DNA from: Eledone cirrhosa
Lineage: Eukaryota
DNA length: 64,000 bases
Direction: 5' to 3'
Assembly: GCA_964016885.1 (NCBI GenBank)
Contig: OZ024743.1
Span: 180,482,001-180,546,000 of the forward strand
How positions within the stretch are numbered: the first letter of the stretch is position 1; every line of letters starts with the position of its first letter. The notes below the pieces were generated by a model. That model saw only the letters and a list, made by a program, of their open reading frames with translations, was not told where the DNA came from and made no database searches. The translations under genes were made by a program, and so were the position numbers. Positions 38,993 to 52,737 of the stretch are shown piece after piece.

Positions 38993-40526
38993 TTAATTAG
39001 GTTTATAATATTTAAAGGTTTTTCTCAGTTTATGATTACACGATATTATTAATTCCTGTCGCTTATTTAATAGGATATCCTTAGATTTCATTATTTCAAA
39101 AAGTTCTTGGGAACATAATCTACATTCATATCTACTATTTTGATAAGGGGTGGCCCTTTTGAGCACACTCCAGGTCAGGTCATAATCTATATTCCTCTTT
39201 CTATAACTATTAATTATTTCTGCTAGAGATGTTGTATTAGCTAGTGCGGCATTTTTAAAACTATGTTTGTGGGTATTAAATCTTACCTTAAATTTGTTAG
39301 AGGTAGCTCCTATATATGAATAAATTGAGTCCTTAGTGTTAACTTTACATTTATATACTATGTTATTAACAAGGCAATTTCCTTTTAATGGACAGTTTGC
39401 CTTGTTTCTACAGTTACAACTTTTCGTGAATCCTGTATCTGAGGAGATATTATGGTTAGTTTGATGTACTGGTGGTATACTCATGGTTTTTTTACATTTA
39501 TATGCATTATAGGCACTTATATTTTGTTTTATGTTTTTGGTTGTTGAGTAGGAGAATTTAACCGTTGATCTATTAAAAATGTGATGGTATTTGTGGTTTG
39601 GCGGGAAGTTTTTCTCTAGGATATTAAAGAATTTTTTAGGTATATTGTCCTTAATTTGTAAATTAAATGGAGCATTATACCAAGTAACTCGTCTATTACG
39701 GTTTCGATGTTGTTTATTGTTTTTATAGGATGCATCCTGGTGTTTATTAAGAGAATTATTGTTAATGACCTCACCACACACATTTTTAGTTAGATTTATT
39801 GATTTAGGTGTTTTAGCTTGTTTATTAGGAGTTTTACTATTAACATTTATTAGAGTTGTAGGATGAGTAGTTTTTTTAGAGTTACTATACTGTATATTAG
39901 AAGAGTTAGAGAAATTTGGTTTTATGTTCGTGTTTTGGGGTATAGTGTGAGCGGCATTTAGGTGTGTATGTTTCATTTGGTGTTTGTTGGTAATATTAGG
40001 TTGTATGTTTTTAGTGTTATTGGTAGAAGGTATATATACTAATCTATTTTTGTGGCCACTTCTAGCTAGAGCTTCGTTATAAAAGGTCGTATTTTTATCA
40101 AATACATCTTGGTTAGACGAAAGGTTAGAAATTCTAAGTGATATATTATATGCAAGGTTTTTAAGGATAGATTTAGGGTGATTAGATTGTGAGTGTATGT
40201 AGTGTAAATTTTGGTTGGGTTTATGGTAAGGTTGGTAGATACCCGTAGATAAGTCTAATGTTATATCTAGGAAATTAACTACTTTACTTGTGTTTTCAAA
40301 TGTAATATCTAGACTATAATAGTCTTTGAGGAAAGTTCTAATAAGCTTTTTATTTTTTCTATCTCTGAGAGGCTAAGGTTATTGGAAAGAAGAAGACAGT
40401 CGTCACGATATAAACCACCTTTAAGGTGGGGAAAGGAAGAATTTATGTTAAAAAGAAGAAAGAGGCCTACAAGATCAGTAACTTGGGCAGAATCGCTTGA
40501 GCCCATAGTAATATCGAATAGATTAC

Positions 40527-40527
<1 letters not shown>
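38993..40527 (-). pseudogene. PLE-2: RT (YRDD) + C-terminal GIY-YIG, 5'-truncated, frameshifted
   Basis: FDITMGSSDSAQVTDLVG, GGLYRDD, VNFLDITLDL, SNHP, CNC..CPL..IVY..YIG..R..H, CRLC; 113 bp tandem duplication at 38791-39016. Confidence 0.9.
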
Positions 40528-40567
<40 letters not shown>

Positions 40568-40570
<3 letters not shown>

Positions 40571-42411
40571 AAATTTCTATTTAAATTGTTGGGATACAAC
40601 AAGCAAATATTTTTATAACTGATATAAAGCACTCGACAAATATTTGGAGTAGATATACGATATTAATAAATGGAAATTATATTTATAAAACCATATTTAT
40701 TTCATTATATATATTTCAAGGATACCAAGTTAAATTATGGTATGCCTTCATCAGACAAAATACAATATATAACGGTTTTATAAATAGACATTGACGTACC
40801 TTTTTTAATTTTTTTTTTTTTTTTAAATATTTTGATATCTGTAGAATCCTTGTTTTTTAAGTTATATTGATATAATATTTTATTTTATTTTTTTATTTTT
40901 TTATTTTTTTATTTTTTTATTTTTTTATTTTTTTATTTTTTTATTTTTTTATTAGATTCATTTTATTTTTTTATTAGATTCATTTTATTTTATTTTTTTT
41001 TTATTTATTTTTTTTTTTATTAGATTTGTTTTTATTCTGATAGCTTCTCATAATTTTTTTATTAGATTTATTTTTATTCTGATAGCTTCTCATAATTTTC
41101 AAAAGTTTGTCCTTTCAATATCTTGATTAAAATATACGTAAGATAAATTTCTATACTAAATATATTAAACATATTATTTTAACTTAAAATATTCTATAAT
41201 ATTTTGGGATATTTTAGTATTTTGATATTTGTAGAATTCGTTTGCCTTTTAAGTTATATTGATATAATTATATTTCCAAAATATAATCCTTTTGTATTTT
41301 ATATACTCAATTGTACTATGTTATATATTGATTTTTACTTATGTCTATATACGGCTTATGTATCTATATATGTGTATTGACATACATATACATGTGTTAT
41401 ATGCTTTTTTATGATTATATGTCTGTCTGTATATATGCATGAGTGACGCATGTATACCAATTGGGTGAAGATGCACACACATATCTATTCATGTATAGCT
41501 AAGAATTATGGGTGTGAATGTACAGGCTTACACATGCAGTTTTTGATTGCAGATATGCATAACTTAACAGCCATAAATGCATGAAAGTTAATCCTATATA
41601 TTTATATATATATACTAAAAATGTTTAATTAATAACACAAGGAATGTATAGCAATAAATAAAAAATCACTTATGCTTTGTATGTATATGTTATATGCGGG
41701 AGTAGATATAATGTGTATTTTCCGAGCGTGTGTGTATATATATATTTATGTATCTTTGCCTATGTGTACGTGATATACGATAGGTAATTTCTCTAGCAAT
41801 ATATATATTTTATAATGTTTAAATTCCAATTTTTAATATATTGATCTCAATTTTTAAACTAAATATCTAATCATAATTAAACAATGTGTAATTTCTCATA
41901 TTATATATCTATATTCCATTCATTAATATTAATATTTCTAATTTGATTTATTCATTTCATCTCAATTGTTAACTCAACTTAATATGACATAACTTAAGGT
42001 TTTCGTTCTCTCCCCCCTCTCTCTATCTCTATATATCTCTCTCTTGTGTTTTTTCTCTGTCTGATGTTTTGATATCTCCCCGTTATTTTCCTCTGTTCTC
42101 TTTTCTTTTTGCTTCCTTCTTTTTCTTTATCTATCTCTCCCTTTCTTTTCTCCACGGTTCTCTCTCTCTCTTTCCATCTTTTTATTTACTCTAAACACTA
42201 TGACTTACTAAAGTAAACAAACCACTAGCCTGATGGCCTCCAAAAGCAACGGTCACTTTTTAAAAGGGTACGTCAATGTCTATCTATAAAACTGTTATAT
42301 ATTGTATTTTGTCTGATGAAGGCATACCATAATTTAACTTGGTATCCTTGAAATATATATAATGAAATAAATATGGTTTTATAAATATAGTTTCCATTTA
42401 TTAATATCGTA
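40568..42411. mobile_element. PLE UTR/pLTR remnant with inverted arms and hammerheads (about 40698-40760 -, 42306-42368 +)
   Basis: 40655-40802 is the reverse complement of 42262-42411; CTGATGA-AGGCATACC..GGTATCCTT-GAAA-TATATATA; includes a T-rich minisatellite at 40878-41100. Confidence 0.75.
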
Positions 42412-42692
42412 TATATATATATATATATTATAAGCAAGCTTTGTACCAAGTAAAATATAGACTCCGGCGTGAAGGGAGATATACATAAAGAAAACCTTAT
42501 CGATCCTCACACATATACATATATATATTTTTAAAAGTATTTTCTAAAAATATATTATATCATCATTCGTTTAGTTCTATTCCCCCATAACCATTTCTAT
42601 ATGAAATATATATATATTCCATCTCTACTAATGTATATAGTACCTTGTTTGTACGCGGCTCCATCCGATTATCATCGGAAAACTATTCTTAA

Positions 42693-42780
<88 letters not shown>

Positions 42781-42784
<4 letters not shown>

Positions 42785-42885
42785 CAGTTCTAGTCCTGGA
42801 AAAGCCATTTCTATATTAAATATTTATACTCTTCTTTATATTGAGTACCTTAGTTACAGAGGTTAACCCTGATTGAACCCGGGAT
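42781..42885 (+). mobile_element. pLTR terminal fragment (family of 9870-10437)
   Basis: GAAACAGTTCTAGTCCTG..TATTGAGTACCTTA..AACCCGGGA. Confidence 0.55.
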
Positions 42886-42940
42886 GAAATTATATATACA
42901 TATATATATATATATATTTAACTTATATATATATATATAT

Positions 42941-44977
42941 ATTTCGTTTCTGAATTTGTTTAGCAAGATTCTTTATCTGAAAACGTGTGTTGAAACCGAT
43001 ATTGTTATACTTTGGGAGGGTCATGTTGCCAATAAGAAACACAGGCACCAGTAGCTTTCACTTCAATTTATTATAATAAATTTATAAATTTAGGAATTTA
43101 TAAACTTCCGGTTGGTTGGTTGGTTGGTTCCACAACCAGATAGTTGTTTATATATTGTCAAAGTTTTTTCGTCACACATTCTGTGACCTCTTCAGTGACT
43201 GGGGATTCTTTTCTTTGTTTTTGTGCCTCTCCTTTGTTCTGTCCTACGCCATCTTGTTTCTGTGTGTGTATTGTGTGCTCAGTCTGCGCATGCGTCACAT
43301 CCGGGTGTCTGTGTGTGTTTATATTCGTTTATTTATTTGTTTATTTACATGTTACTGGTTGGTTGTTTGTTCTATGTGCGTGTGTGTTTTCATTTTGTCC
43401 TTAATTGTAAGTTGTGATGTTGTTGTTCCACTCATGTTTTCTATTTAATTTTGGTTGTAATTCTTTTATGTTTATTGCCCCTGTGATTTGTCTAAACATT
43501 GCGTCTTTTCTCTGTGTAGATTCTATTTTTATTTCTATGCTCTCTAATTTGATACAACCCCTAGAGGTGAATTAGCTTACAAATTTAGAAGGGTCCTAGA
43601 TAAACATAAACTTAATATTAAGATAGTAAAAAGACCAGGTACCTCCATAAAAACACTTATTAGCAAGACATACCCTTTTCAAAGACACCCCTGTATAGAT
43701 AAGAAATGTATAGCCTGTAAATTAAGCCCCCATATTAACTGTAAAACTAGAAATGTAGTATATAGCATAAGATGTACTGAAGGACAATGTAGAGATAAAA
43801 ATATAGTGTACATAGGTGAGACAGCTCGTAGTCTAGGGGAACGGATAAATGAACACTGGCGAGACCTTCAAGATAGTAAAGAATCATCTGTACTCTACCA
43901 ACATGCTAAAATGGAACATAAGGGTAAATTAGAGAACATAGAAATAAAAATAGAATCTACACACAGAAAAGACGCAATGTTTAGACAAATCACAGAGGCA
44001 ATAAACATAAAAGCAAAATTAAATAGAAAACATGAGTGGAACAGCAACATCACAACTTACAATTAAGGACAAAATGAAAACACACACGCACATAGAACAA
44101 ACAACCAACCAGTAACATGTAAATAAACAAATAAATAAACGAATATAAACACACACAGACAACCGGATGTGGCGCATGCGCAGACTGAGCACACAACACA
44201 TACACAGAAACAAGATGGCGTAAGACAGAACAAAGGAGAAGCACAAAAACAAAGAAAAGAATCCCCAGTCACTGAAGAGGACACAGAATGTGTGACGAAA
44301 TAACTTTGACAATATATAAAGAACCATCTGGTTGTGGAACCAACCAATCAACTGGAAATTTATAAATTCCTAAATGTATAACTTTATTATAATAAATTGC
44401 GTTTCTTATTGGCAACATCTATCTATCTATCTAAGGCGGGTAAAATTCCCGAGATCCATGGACGAGTTCTCTCCAGCGGTCTCTGTCCCTCATTATCGCT
44501 GCCATATCCTGCATCTCCAACAGACCAGTGTCTGTCCTTAGGGCATCAACATATGTTAACCTTGGTCTTCCTCTTCTAGTGTGTCCATGTAGGGGCTCCC
44601 AAAGGAGCACTGAGTGCAATGTCAACTCTGGATGTCGGTGAGCATGTCCAGCCAACCTCAGTCTTCTCCGTTACTGCCTGATGAAGATCTTACAGGCTTA
44701 TGGAATCCCCAAGAGGATAGTGGACCTGATATCACTGCTCTACACCAACACCAAAGCCCAAGTCATTACACCTGATGGGATGACAGAGTTCTTTGAGATA
44801 CTGGCTGGAGTGCTCCAGGGAGATACATTGGCTCCCTACCTTTTTATCATCGTAGTGGACTATTGTATGCGCCTTGCACTGGAGAAACACCAGGACTCTG
44901 GCTTTACTGTGGCACCGGCTCAGAGCAGGAGAGTTGGGGCGAAAAAAGGTATTGGCAACATGACCCTCCCAAAGTAT

Positions 44978-44985
<8 letters not shown>
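42941..44985. mobile_element. PLE-3 fold-back: GIY-YIG fragment (+, about 43590-44066) flanked by inverted pLTRs
   Basis: CIDKKCIAC..CKTRNVVYSIRC..YIGETARSLGERINEH; 43000-43548 inverted against 43930-44985; hammerheads 43157-43199 (-) and 44268-44310 (+). Confidence 0.88.
44407..44961. mobile_element. RTE insertion with 5' inversion and 12 bp TSD
   Basis: TSD TATTGGCAACAT at 44407-44418 and 44950-44961; 3' end with (TAGA)n tail on the - strand; RT piece GVLQGDTLAPYLF on the + strand. Confidence 0.85.
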
Positions 44986-45012
<27 letters not shown>

Positions 45013-45184
45013 ACTTATATATATATATAAATAACTTATATGTATATATATATATAAATAACTTATATGTATATATATATATAAATAACTTATATGTATA
45101 TATATATATATATAACTTATATGTATATATATATATATATAACTTATATGTATATATATATATATAACTTATATATATATATAC

Positions 45185-46348
45185 TGCCTCGTTAATGTTC
45201 TATCGACACCAAAGTTCAACGTTCGGGCGAATAGAATTGAATCCAACCACCAACAACATAGCTGGATGACCGCTAATCACACCAAACCGGAGTACTGTGA
45301 TCCTTGTGATTTCCAGATATACAACCACTGACACTGTTACGAAGACCAGAAAACCATACTCCATAATATTGAACCAAGTGATTGATTTGTGCGACCAAAA
45401 TAACACCACACACATATTGAACTAGGAATATTGGATCCTCCGTCAATGTCCGGGTGAGCAAAAATAGATTTCTATCTGCATTGGAATTTACGAACTCGTG
45501 CATCTGCTGTGGTGTCAAAAACAAACGCGCATGACCGCACAGATAAACAATGGACTATGCCACGTGGCTTGAACCTGTAAGTGAATTGAAGGTTCTGTAA
45601 CTCTGATACACAGATTATTTATTATTAAGTTGTATAAACTTGACATAACTATTATCATCTTATATTCTCTCAACTAATCACATTTGATCATATTTCTCTA
45701 TCCCGTTTTCTCCCCCCATAATTATTATATTTTTATTTTTTATTTGAAAAAATCGGTTTTTTACATTGTGTTTTCCCCTCCAAATATTCGCTTATATTTC
45801 TTTATATATTCTCTATATATTTTTTTACATATATATATTTTTTTATTTTTTCATCTTTAATGTTTCCACTTTTATCCTCCTTTATATTTTACCTTATTCT
45901 TACTTTTATACCTTATTATAGTGTAATCTTCCCCATGCCTTATTATACACTATTAATTATAGATTATTATTATTACTCTTTTTCCATTTCTAATTACCTC
46001 ATGTACTTTCTCCTCCGCTATATATATATATATATTGTATGCCTTTTGTGTTTGTGTAGCCTCTGCACACCCTCTGCACCATACTATCGACGCCACCCCA
46101 TCTATGGTTCAGCTAACCACTCGACTCCCGGGAAGGAATATGACAGCAGCTAGTAAACAAGGACCCACACCCCACCCTCCCGCACCATAATTAGACTTAT
46201 CGTCCCCTACTTTTGCTCTTTACTCTCTTTACTCTTTGTTCTTGAATGTTTGGTTGGTAGAGTCCATAACACCAATCAAACCCCTTTTATAGCTCTGACG
46301 AATCCTACGGTTACGTAAGGAAGAAACATTGTAAGCCAATAAAAATCT
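45185..46348 (+). mobile_element. Probable PLE 3' remnant with hammerhead 46292-46336
   Basis: GCT-CTGACGA-ATCCTACG gtta CGTAAGGAA-GAAA-CATTGTA-AGC; possible decayed C-terminus TMPRGLNL* near 45580. Confidence 0.6.
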
Positions 46349-46364
46349 TTTGATGTTGTAGAAG

Positions 46365-46419
<55 letters not shown>

Positions 46420-46470
46420 TATAAATAACTTATATATATATATATATGTATAACTTATATATATATATAT

Positions 46471-46647
46471 CATCTGGCAGGAAGGTATACGTTGCTGACT
46501 ATAGCTAAGAAACTTGAAACTGGTACAGCGTTCCTTTGTCAGTGTTGAACGAACGAGCAACGATGGCTGCTAGACACTACGGCTTAATTCGGGATGTTTG
46601 TTTACAAACAGACCGAGCATTATAATAAATGTTCGGTGAATCCATAC

Positions 46648-46687
<40 letters not shown>

Positions 46688-47097
46688 ATGTATGTATATA
46701 TATATATACATACTACTGTACGTCTGTATACATATATGTATGTACGTATACATACTTATATTTAAGTAACAGCCGTACTAAGAGTGAGAAATGAAATTTC
46801 GTTTCATTTTTTCAGTTTACCGTTTTCGGTGTGCCCGGCCGATTAACTCACTCGATACGCAAACTAGGCTGCTCAGCCGTTAATATGCATAAGGAAAGTA
46901 TATACTTTCAGACGTTCAATCATCTGGCAGGAAGGTATACGTTGCTGACGATAGCTAATAAGCTTGAAACTAGTACAGCGTTCCTTTGTCAGTGTTGAAC
47001 AAATGAGCAACGCTGGTTGCTAGACACTGTACGGCTTAATTCGGGATGTTTGTTTAAAAATATACCGAGTATTATAATGAATGTTCGGTGAATCCAT
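46471..47097 (+). mobile_element. Retrozyme-like family, 1.4 tandem monomers (period 450 bp)
   Basis: CATCTGGCAGGAAGGTATACGTTGCTGAC at 46471 and 46921; intact hammerhead 46939-46981. Confidence 0.8.
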
Positions 47098-47108
47098 CAT
47101 ATATATAT

Positions 47109-47139
<31 letters not shown>

Positions 47140-47186
47140 ACATATATATATATATATATGTATATGTATATATATATATAACATAT

Positions 47187-47217
<31 letters not shown>

Positions 47218-47223
47218 ACATAT

Positions 47224-47404
<181 letters not shown>

Positions 47405-47408
47405 ATAT

Positions 47409-50400
47409 GTCATGTCAGGTCACCAGTTGGTGCTACTGGTAACATGTATCCCAGTACAACCTGTCTCATGGGAACCCCACCAAGATTTCTTTGTGAGGAG
47501 GGTGACTTTGGATATCCTGCAGGACTAAAAACAAAACCTGTCAAAGGGCAAAGGGACTATTGGGAACTCTTAAGAGCTCTTGGAGTCGATGGCGATCCAA
47601 AACCAGCACGGCCCGCCGAAAGGCGCTGCAGTGCCGGAAAAGTCAACTTCCTGCTACTAGTATGCTGGTAAGCTCGTACAACGTATCTCCAGACGGATAG
47701 AGTGGGACCTTAGCTTTGGTTAGCGACTACTCTAGTGCTTGCAACACGAACAATTAGGGCGAGAGTATAAATGCCAGGTTGGTATCTGGCGCCGGGTAAC
47801 CCACCAGACGGAGGACAAAGCACCTCCTTCAAGACTTGGCTGTCAAATTCTTTCACATGTGTGTAGTAGTGGCGCCCACACACATTATTAGCTATTTGAA
47901 AGGATGATGGATTTCGCAACTAACTGCACCAGGGTTCCTGTTCCTCAGGGAACCACACTGTATGGTATACCTGTTGATATAGGTCCAGCCCCTGCTTTCC
48001 CAGGTCCTGTTTCTGATTATAATGCACCTACAAATGTATCGAATGATGATGAATCCTCAAATCTCAAGGGACGGGGTTCATCTGATGGAGAAGAAACAGG
48101 TCCTAATCAAACAACAAGCAAATCTCGCCTGGCTAGCTGTAAAAAGCAAATAATAGTTAGCTCCTTGAACACCAGAACCCTCCTTCCAACAGGTAGACTC
48201 CAGGAGCTGGCAGAGAATGCCAAACTTCAGAACATTGACATCCTTGCGGTCCAAGAACACTGCTTTTTCCACCCAAAGGATGATCTCAAGTATCACACCC
48301 TAGGATCCTACCAACTTGTCACCTCTTCAGCCACCAAGAACCCTGTCAATGCCTCCGTCGGAGGAGTCGGCTGCCTTCTCTCATCTAAAGCCAGCAATAA
48401 TCTTCTGGGGATTGAAACAATCTCTCCCAGAATGTTGGTGCTTACACTAGAGGGCAATCCTAGAACCACTGCGATATGTGTATACAGTCGTCATAACGCC
48501 TCTCCTGGGGATGAGGTAAGAGAATTCTACATGACACTTCGCACAGCTGTTGAGCAAGTACCCTTACACAACTTTCTTATCATCGCTGGAGACCTCAACG
48601 CTCAACTTGGCCCGGATGAAGTAAAGTTCACATACAATAGGGTTACTAACCGAAACGGGGAATATCTCAAGGACTTCATGGAAGAATTCAGTCTATTCAG
48701 CTCAAACAACAGCTTCATGAAGACCAGAGGCCGGCTTTGGACCTTCGAATACCCAAACCAAAAACGAGCTCAGATTGACTATTTGATATTTCGCAAGAAA
48801 TGGAGAAACTCAATCAAGGATTCTAGATCTTATTCCTCCTTTAGCTCTGTCGGCTCAGATCATCGAGTCATCTCGGCAACAATCAAACTTAGTCTCAGGA
48901 TATCCAAGAGGGCCGAACCTCATCCCATGAAAAGAATAGACTGGAAAGCCGTTTCTTCCAACAAACAACTATCCAATAGCTTCACGCTTCAAGTCTATAA
49001 CAGATTTCAATCTCTCTCAACTTCTGACATCAATGACGATAATATTGAGGATGTGTATGACTGTCTTAAGCAATCAACAGAGGAAGTTGCACTTGCCACC
49101 CTACCTAAAAAGAAAAGCCGAAGCCAAATGAAACCTAGTGCCTCAGAGAAGGTAGTTGAGGCAGGGGCCCATCTTCGGTCAATATCCCAATCTCACCATC
49201 AATCACCATCTCAAGGGAAAAAGATACAGCTTATCATGGCCAAAAAATCACTAGACGACGCTTATCTTAATGCTGAAGCCGACTATATCTCAGGTGGTAT
49301 TGATCAGCTATCACAACATCACATCAGCAAACACCATCATCTTGCTTGGAAGGTTGTCAAAGATCTTTCAGGCAAAAACTCAAACTCTGCAGTTAGAATC
49401 AAAGGAGGCTCTGCCAAAAAGCGTCTTGAAAATTGGTCTGCTCATTTTAAAAACCTTCTAGGGAAAAAGGCCAGACTCCCTGATAACTATCAACTGCCAT
49501 CCGTTCAGGTTTCAGAGCCTTTAGGAATCAACACCTCTCCTTTCACCATGCCTGAGCTCAAAGAAGCCATCAAACAGCTCAAAGCCTCAAAAGCCTTTGG
49601 GCCGGATAATATACCTACCCTGATTTGGAAGGATGAGCATTTCCTCATCCTTTTGCTCAACCTATGTAACCTTACTTTCGAGACCAATAAACCACCTAGC
49701 GTCTGGCATGCAGCTCAAATTATCCCCATGCCCAAAAAGGAGATCTCTCTTTAGCCACCAACTATAGAGGAATTTCTCTCATGGCAATTGCTGCAAAAAT
49801 ATACAACAAGCTTCTCCTTAACCGCTTAATTCCATTTCTTGAGCCAATCCTTCGTAACAACCAGAATGGATTTAGGAGAGGTAGATCAACACTTAGCCAG
49901 ATTCTATGCCTTCGCCGACTTATAGAGGAGTCCCAAAACCGCAATCTAGACCTTGCACTCATCTTTGTTGATTTTTCAAAAGCCTTCGACTCAGTTGACA
50001 GGTCGGGGAAGTTTGAAATTCTACAACTTTATGGGATTCCTGATAAAATCATCGCGGCCATACGTGTAATGTATACAGATACCAAATCAACTGTCCTGAC
50101 CCCAGATGGGGAAACACCACCTTTCTCAATCCTCGCTGGAATTTTACAGGGCGATACCTTTCCCCGTATCTATTTATCATTGTTGTGGATTATGTTTTGC
50201 GCATGTCTGTGGATAGGATTCAGGATAGGGGATACCAACTACAGCCTAGGAGAAGCTCACACTAACCAGCAAAATACTTGACAGACACCGACTTTGCTGA
50301 CGACATCGCATTGATCAGTCGGTCACTGGAAAATGCTGAGAGTCTTTTGAAGTCATTAGAGCAAGCGTCCAACTGTGTTGGACTGTACCTCAACGAATCC

Positions 50401-51058
50401 AAGACTGAGTATGTGAACAGATGCGCAAACAGCCCAAACTACCCCATCAGAACCCTTAATGGTACCACCCTTAAGCAGGTGGAAGATTACAAGTATCTTG
50501 GCTCATATATCTCCTCCTCCAAAAAATATTTTCTAACCAGGAAGGGTATGGCATGGTCAGCGTGCAATGACATGCACGCCATATGGACATCTCAACTTAC
50601 CAACAAGCTAAAACTGGAAATATTCCAAGCAATCATTAAGCCCATATTACTTTATGGATCCGAAACTTGGACACTAACATCACAACTTGAGAAGAGATTG
50701 GATGGCACATATACCCGCCTCTTAATGAGAGTGCAAAACCTATCCTGGAAACGACATCCCACCTTGTCTACAATCTATGGCAAATTCCCTCGAGCCTCTG
50801 CCCTTCTAAAATCCCGGAGAGCTCAATTTGCTGGCCACTGTCACCGTGCCAGCAATGAAATCATATCCGCTCTTTTGCTCTGGAACCCTGACTCCAGCCT
50901 GACTAGGAGTAGAAAGGTGTCATTCCCTGACGTTATCTCTAGGGATACGGGAATCAGTAGACGGGACCTGGGGGCAGCGATGGGGGACAGGGAATTCTGG
51001 GGCATGAGAGTGAGATCCATCATCTCGACAGTAGTCGACGAATGATGATGATGATGAT
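47409..51058 (+). mobile_element. RTE-clade LINE, near full length (5' UTR, APE + RT single ORF with two frameshifts), (TGA)n tail
   Basis: ORFs 47904-49754, 49781-50281 and 50278-51045: LNTRTL, AVQEH, GDLNAQLG, QIDY, SDH, FVDFSKAFDSV, GILQGDT, DFADDIAL, YKYLGS. Confidence 0.92.
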
Positions 51059-51086
51059 ATATATATATATAACATATATATATATA

Positions 51087-52135
51087 ATAGAAAAAGTTAA
51101 TATGCCCATGAGTACTAAGTACCCCTAGAAATATATAGGTTGTCTATGATTTAAGGTTGTTCTATGGTATTAATTTGACATACCAGAACTATAATATTAA
51201 GATAAGCAGAACAAGCAAAATACAACCAATTATTTTTAATAAATTAAAAAATATAATTTAAATATTTACCTATTCTTTTGGCCCTTACCGATCGGTTTCG
51301 CTTTGTAAAACACCAGAAATCCAATGGATTTCCAATGGAAAATCAAAGTTCATCAGGGAAGCATTTTCCCTTCCTAGGGCTAAAGACCCAGGAACGATAA
51401 AATATATTGTTATCTGCCAGCTAGCACAGATCCAAAAGGCCGAAAAATGACCCGCTCCTGGGTCTTTAGCCCTAGGAAAGGAAAATGCTTCTCTGATGAA
51501 CTTTGATTTTCCATTGGAAATCCATTGGATTTCTGGTGTTTTACAAAGCGAAACCGATCGGTAAGGGCCAAAAGAATAGGTAAATATTTAAATTATATTT
51601 TTTAATTTATTTAAAAAAAATTGGTTGTATTTTGCTTGTTCTGCTTATCTTAATATTATAGTTCTGGTATGTCAAATTAATACCATAGAACAACCTTAAA
51701 TCATAGACAACCTATATATTTCTAGGGGTACTTAGTACTCATGGGCATATTAACCTCTTCTATTATTATTCTCCGTTATGTTGAGAACAAATCTGTTGTT
51801 TCTATTTAGCTGCTATTTTTAGTAACGAGATAGACAACATGTCTATGTTTTTCCCGCTTTCACCTCGGGCAGTTCACGTACGGGTCATTTTTCGGCCTTT
51901 TGGATCGGTGCTAGCTGGCAGATAACAATATATTTTATCGTTCCTGGGTCTTTAGCCCTAGGAAAGGAAAATGCTTCTCTGATGAACTTTGATTTTCCAT
52001 TGGAAATCCATTGGATTTCTGGTGTTTTACAAAGCGAAACCGATCGGTAAGGGCCAAAAGAATAGGTAAATATTTAAATTATATTTTTTAATTTATTTAA
52101 AAAAAATTGTTTGAATTTTGCTTGTTCTGCTTATC

Positions 52136-52141
<6 letters not shown>
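51087..52141. mobile_element. Inverted plus tandem pLTR with three hammerheads
   Basis: 51087-51455 (-), 51456-51765 (+), 51880-52141 (+); CTGATGA-ACTTTG..CAAAGC-GAAA-CCGATCGGTA at 51493 and 51979. Confidence 0.85.
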
Positions 52142-52186
<45 letters not shown>

Positions 52187-52211
52187 CATATATATATATA
52201 TAACATATATA

Positions 52212-52281
<70 letters not shown>

Positions 52282-52408
52282 ATATATATATATGTATAAT
52301 ATTTGCTCTACGGTTCTTATATATTTGATATATATTTATCCTTATCGAGCCCTTTTGGGATTTTAGTCTTCAATTTATTATTATTACTATATATATGTAT
52401 ATATATAT

Positions 52409-52465
<57 letters not shown>

Positions 52466-52655
52466 CATATATATATATATATATTTATATGTACCTCTCC
52501 TCCTCCTCTTTCCTCCTCCTCCTTCAAGTTTGACCTGTGTGTAATTCTTTTCTCGCGCGGTCTTGGTCAAGCTGGTATGGAATTTTTTTTCTCTCTCTCT
52601 CTTTCGTCTACGACTTCACAAAACTTATGTTTACCGAATTCGTAGACCAGACCCC

Positions 52656-52737
52656 TTCTTCTTCTTCTTCTTCTTCTTCTTCTTCTTCTTCTTCTTCTTC
52701 TTCTTCTTCTTCTTCTTCTTCTTCTTCTTCTTCTTCT
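52656..52737. repeat. (TTC)n microsatellite
   Basis: Direct reading. Confidence 0.97.

Noticed and set aside
47409-47530. HDV-like ribozyme at the RTE 5' end
   Set aside because: Some pairings exist, but I could not place P4 and the catalytic C in the required nested double pseudoknot order.
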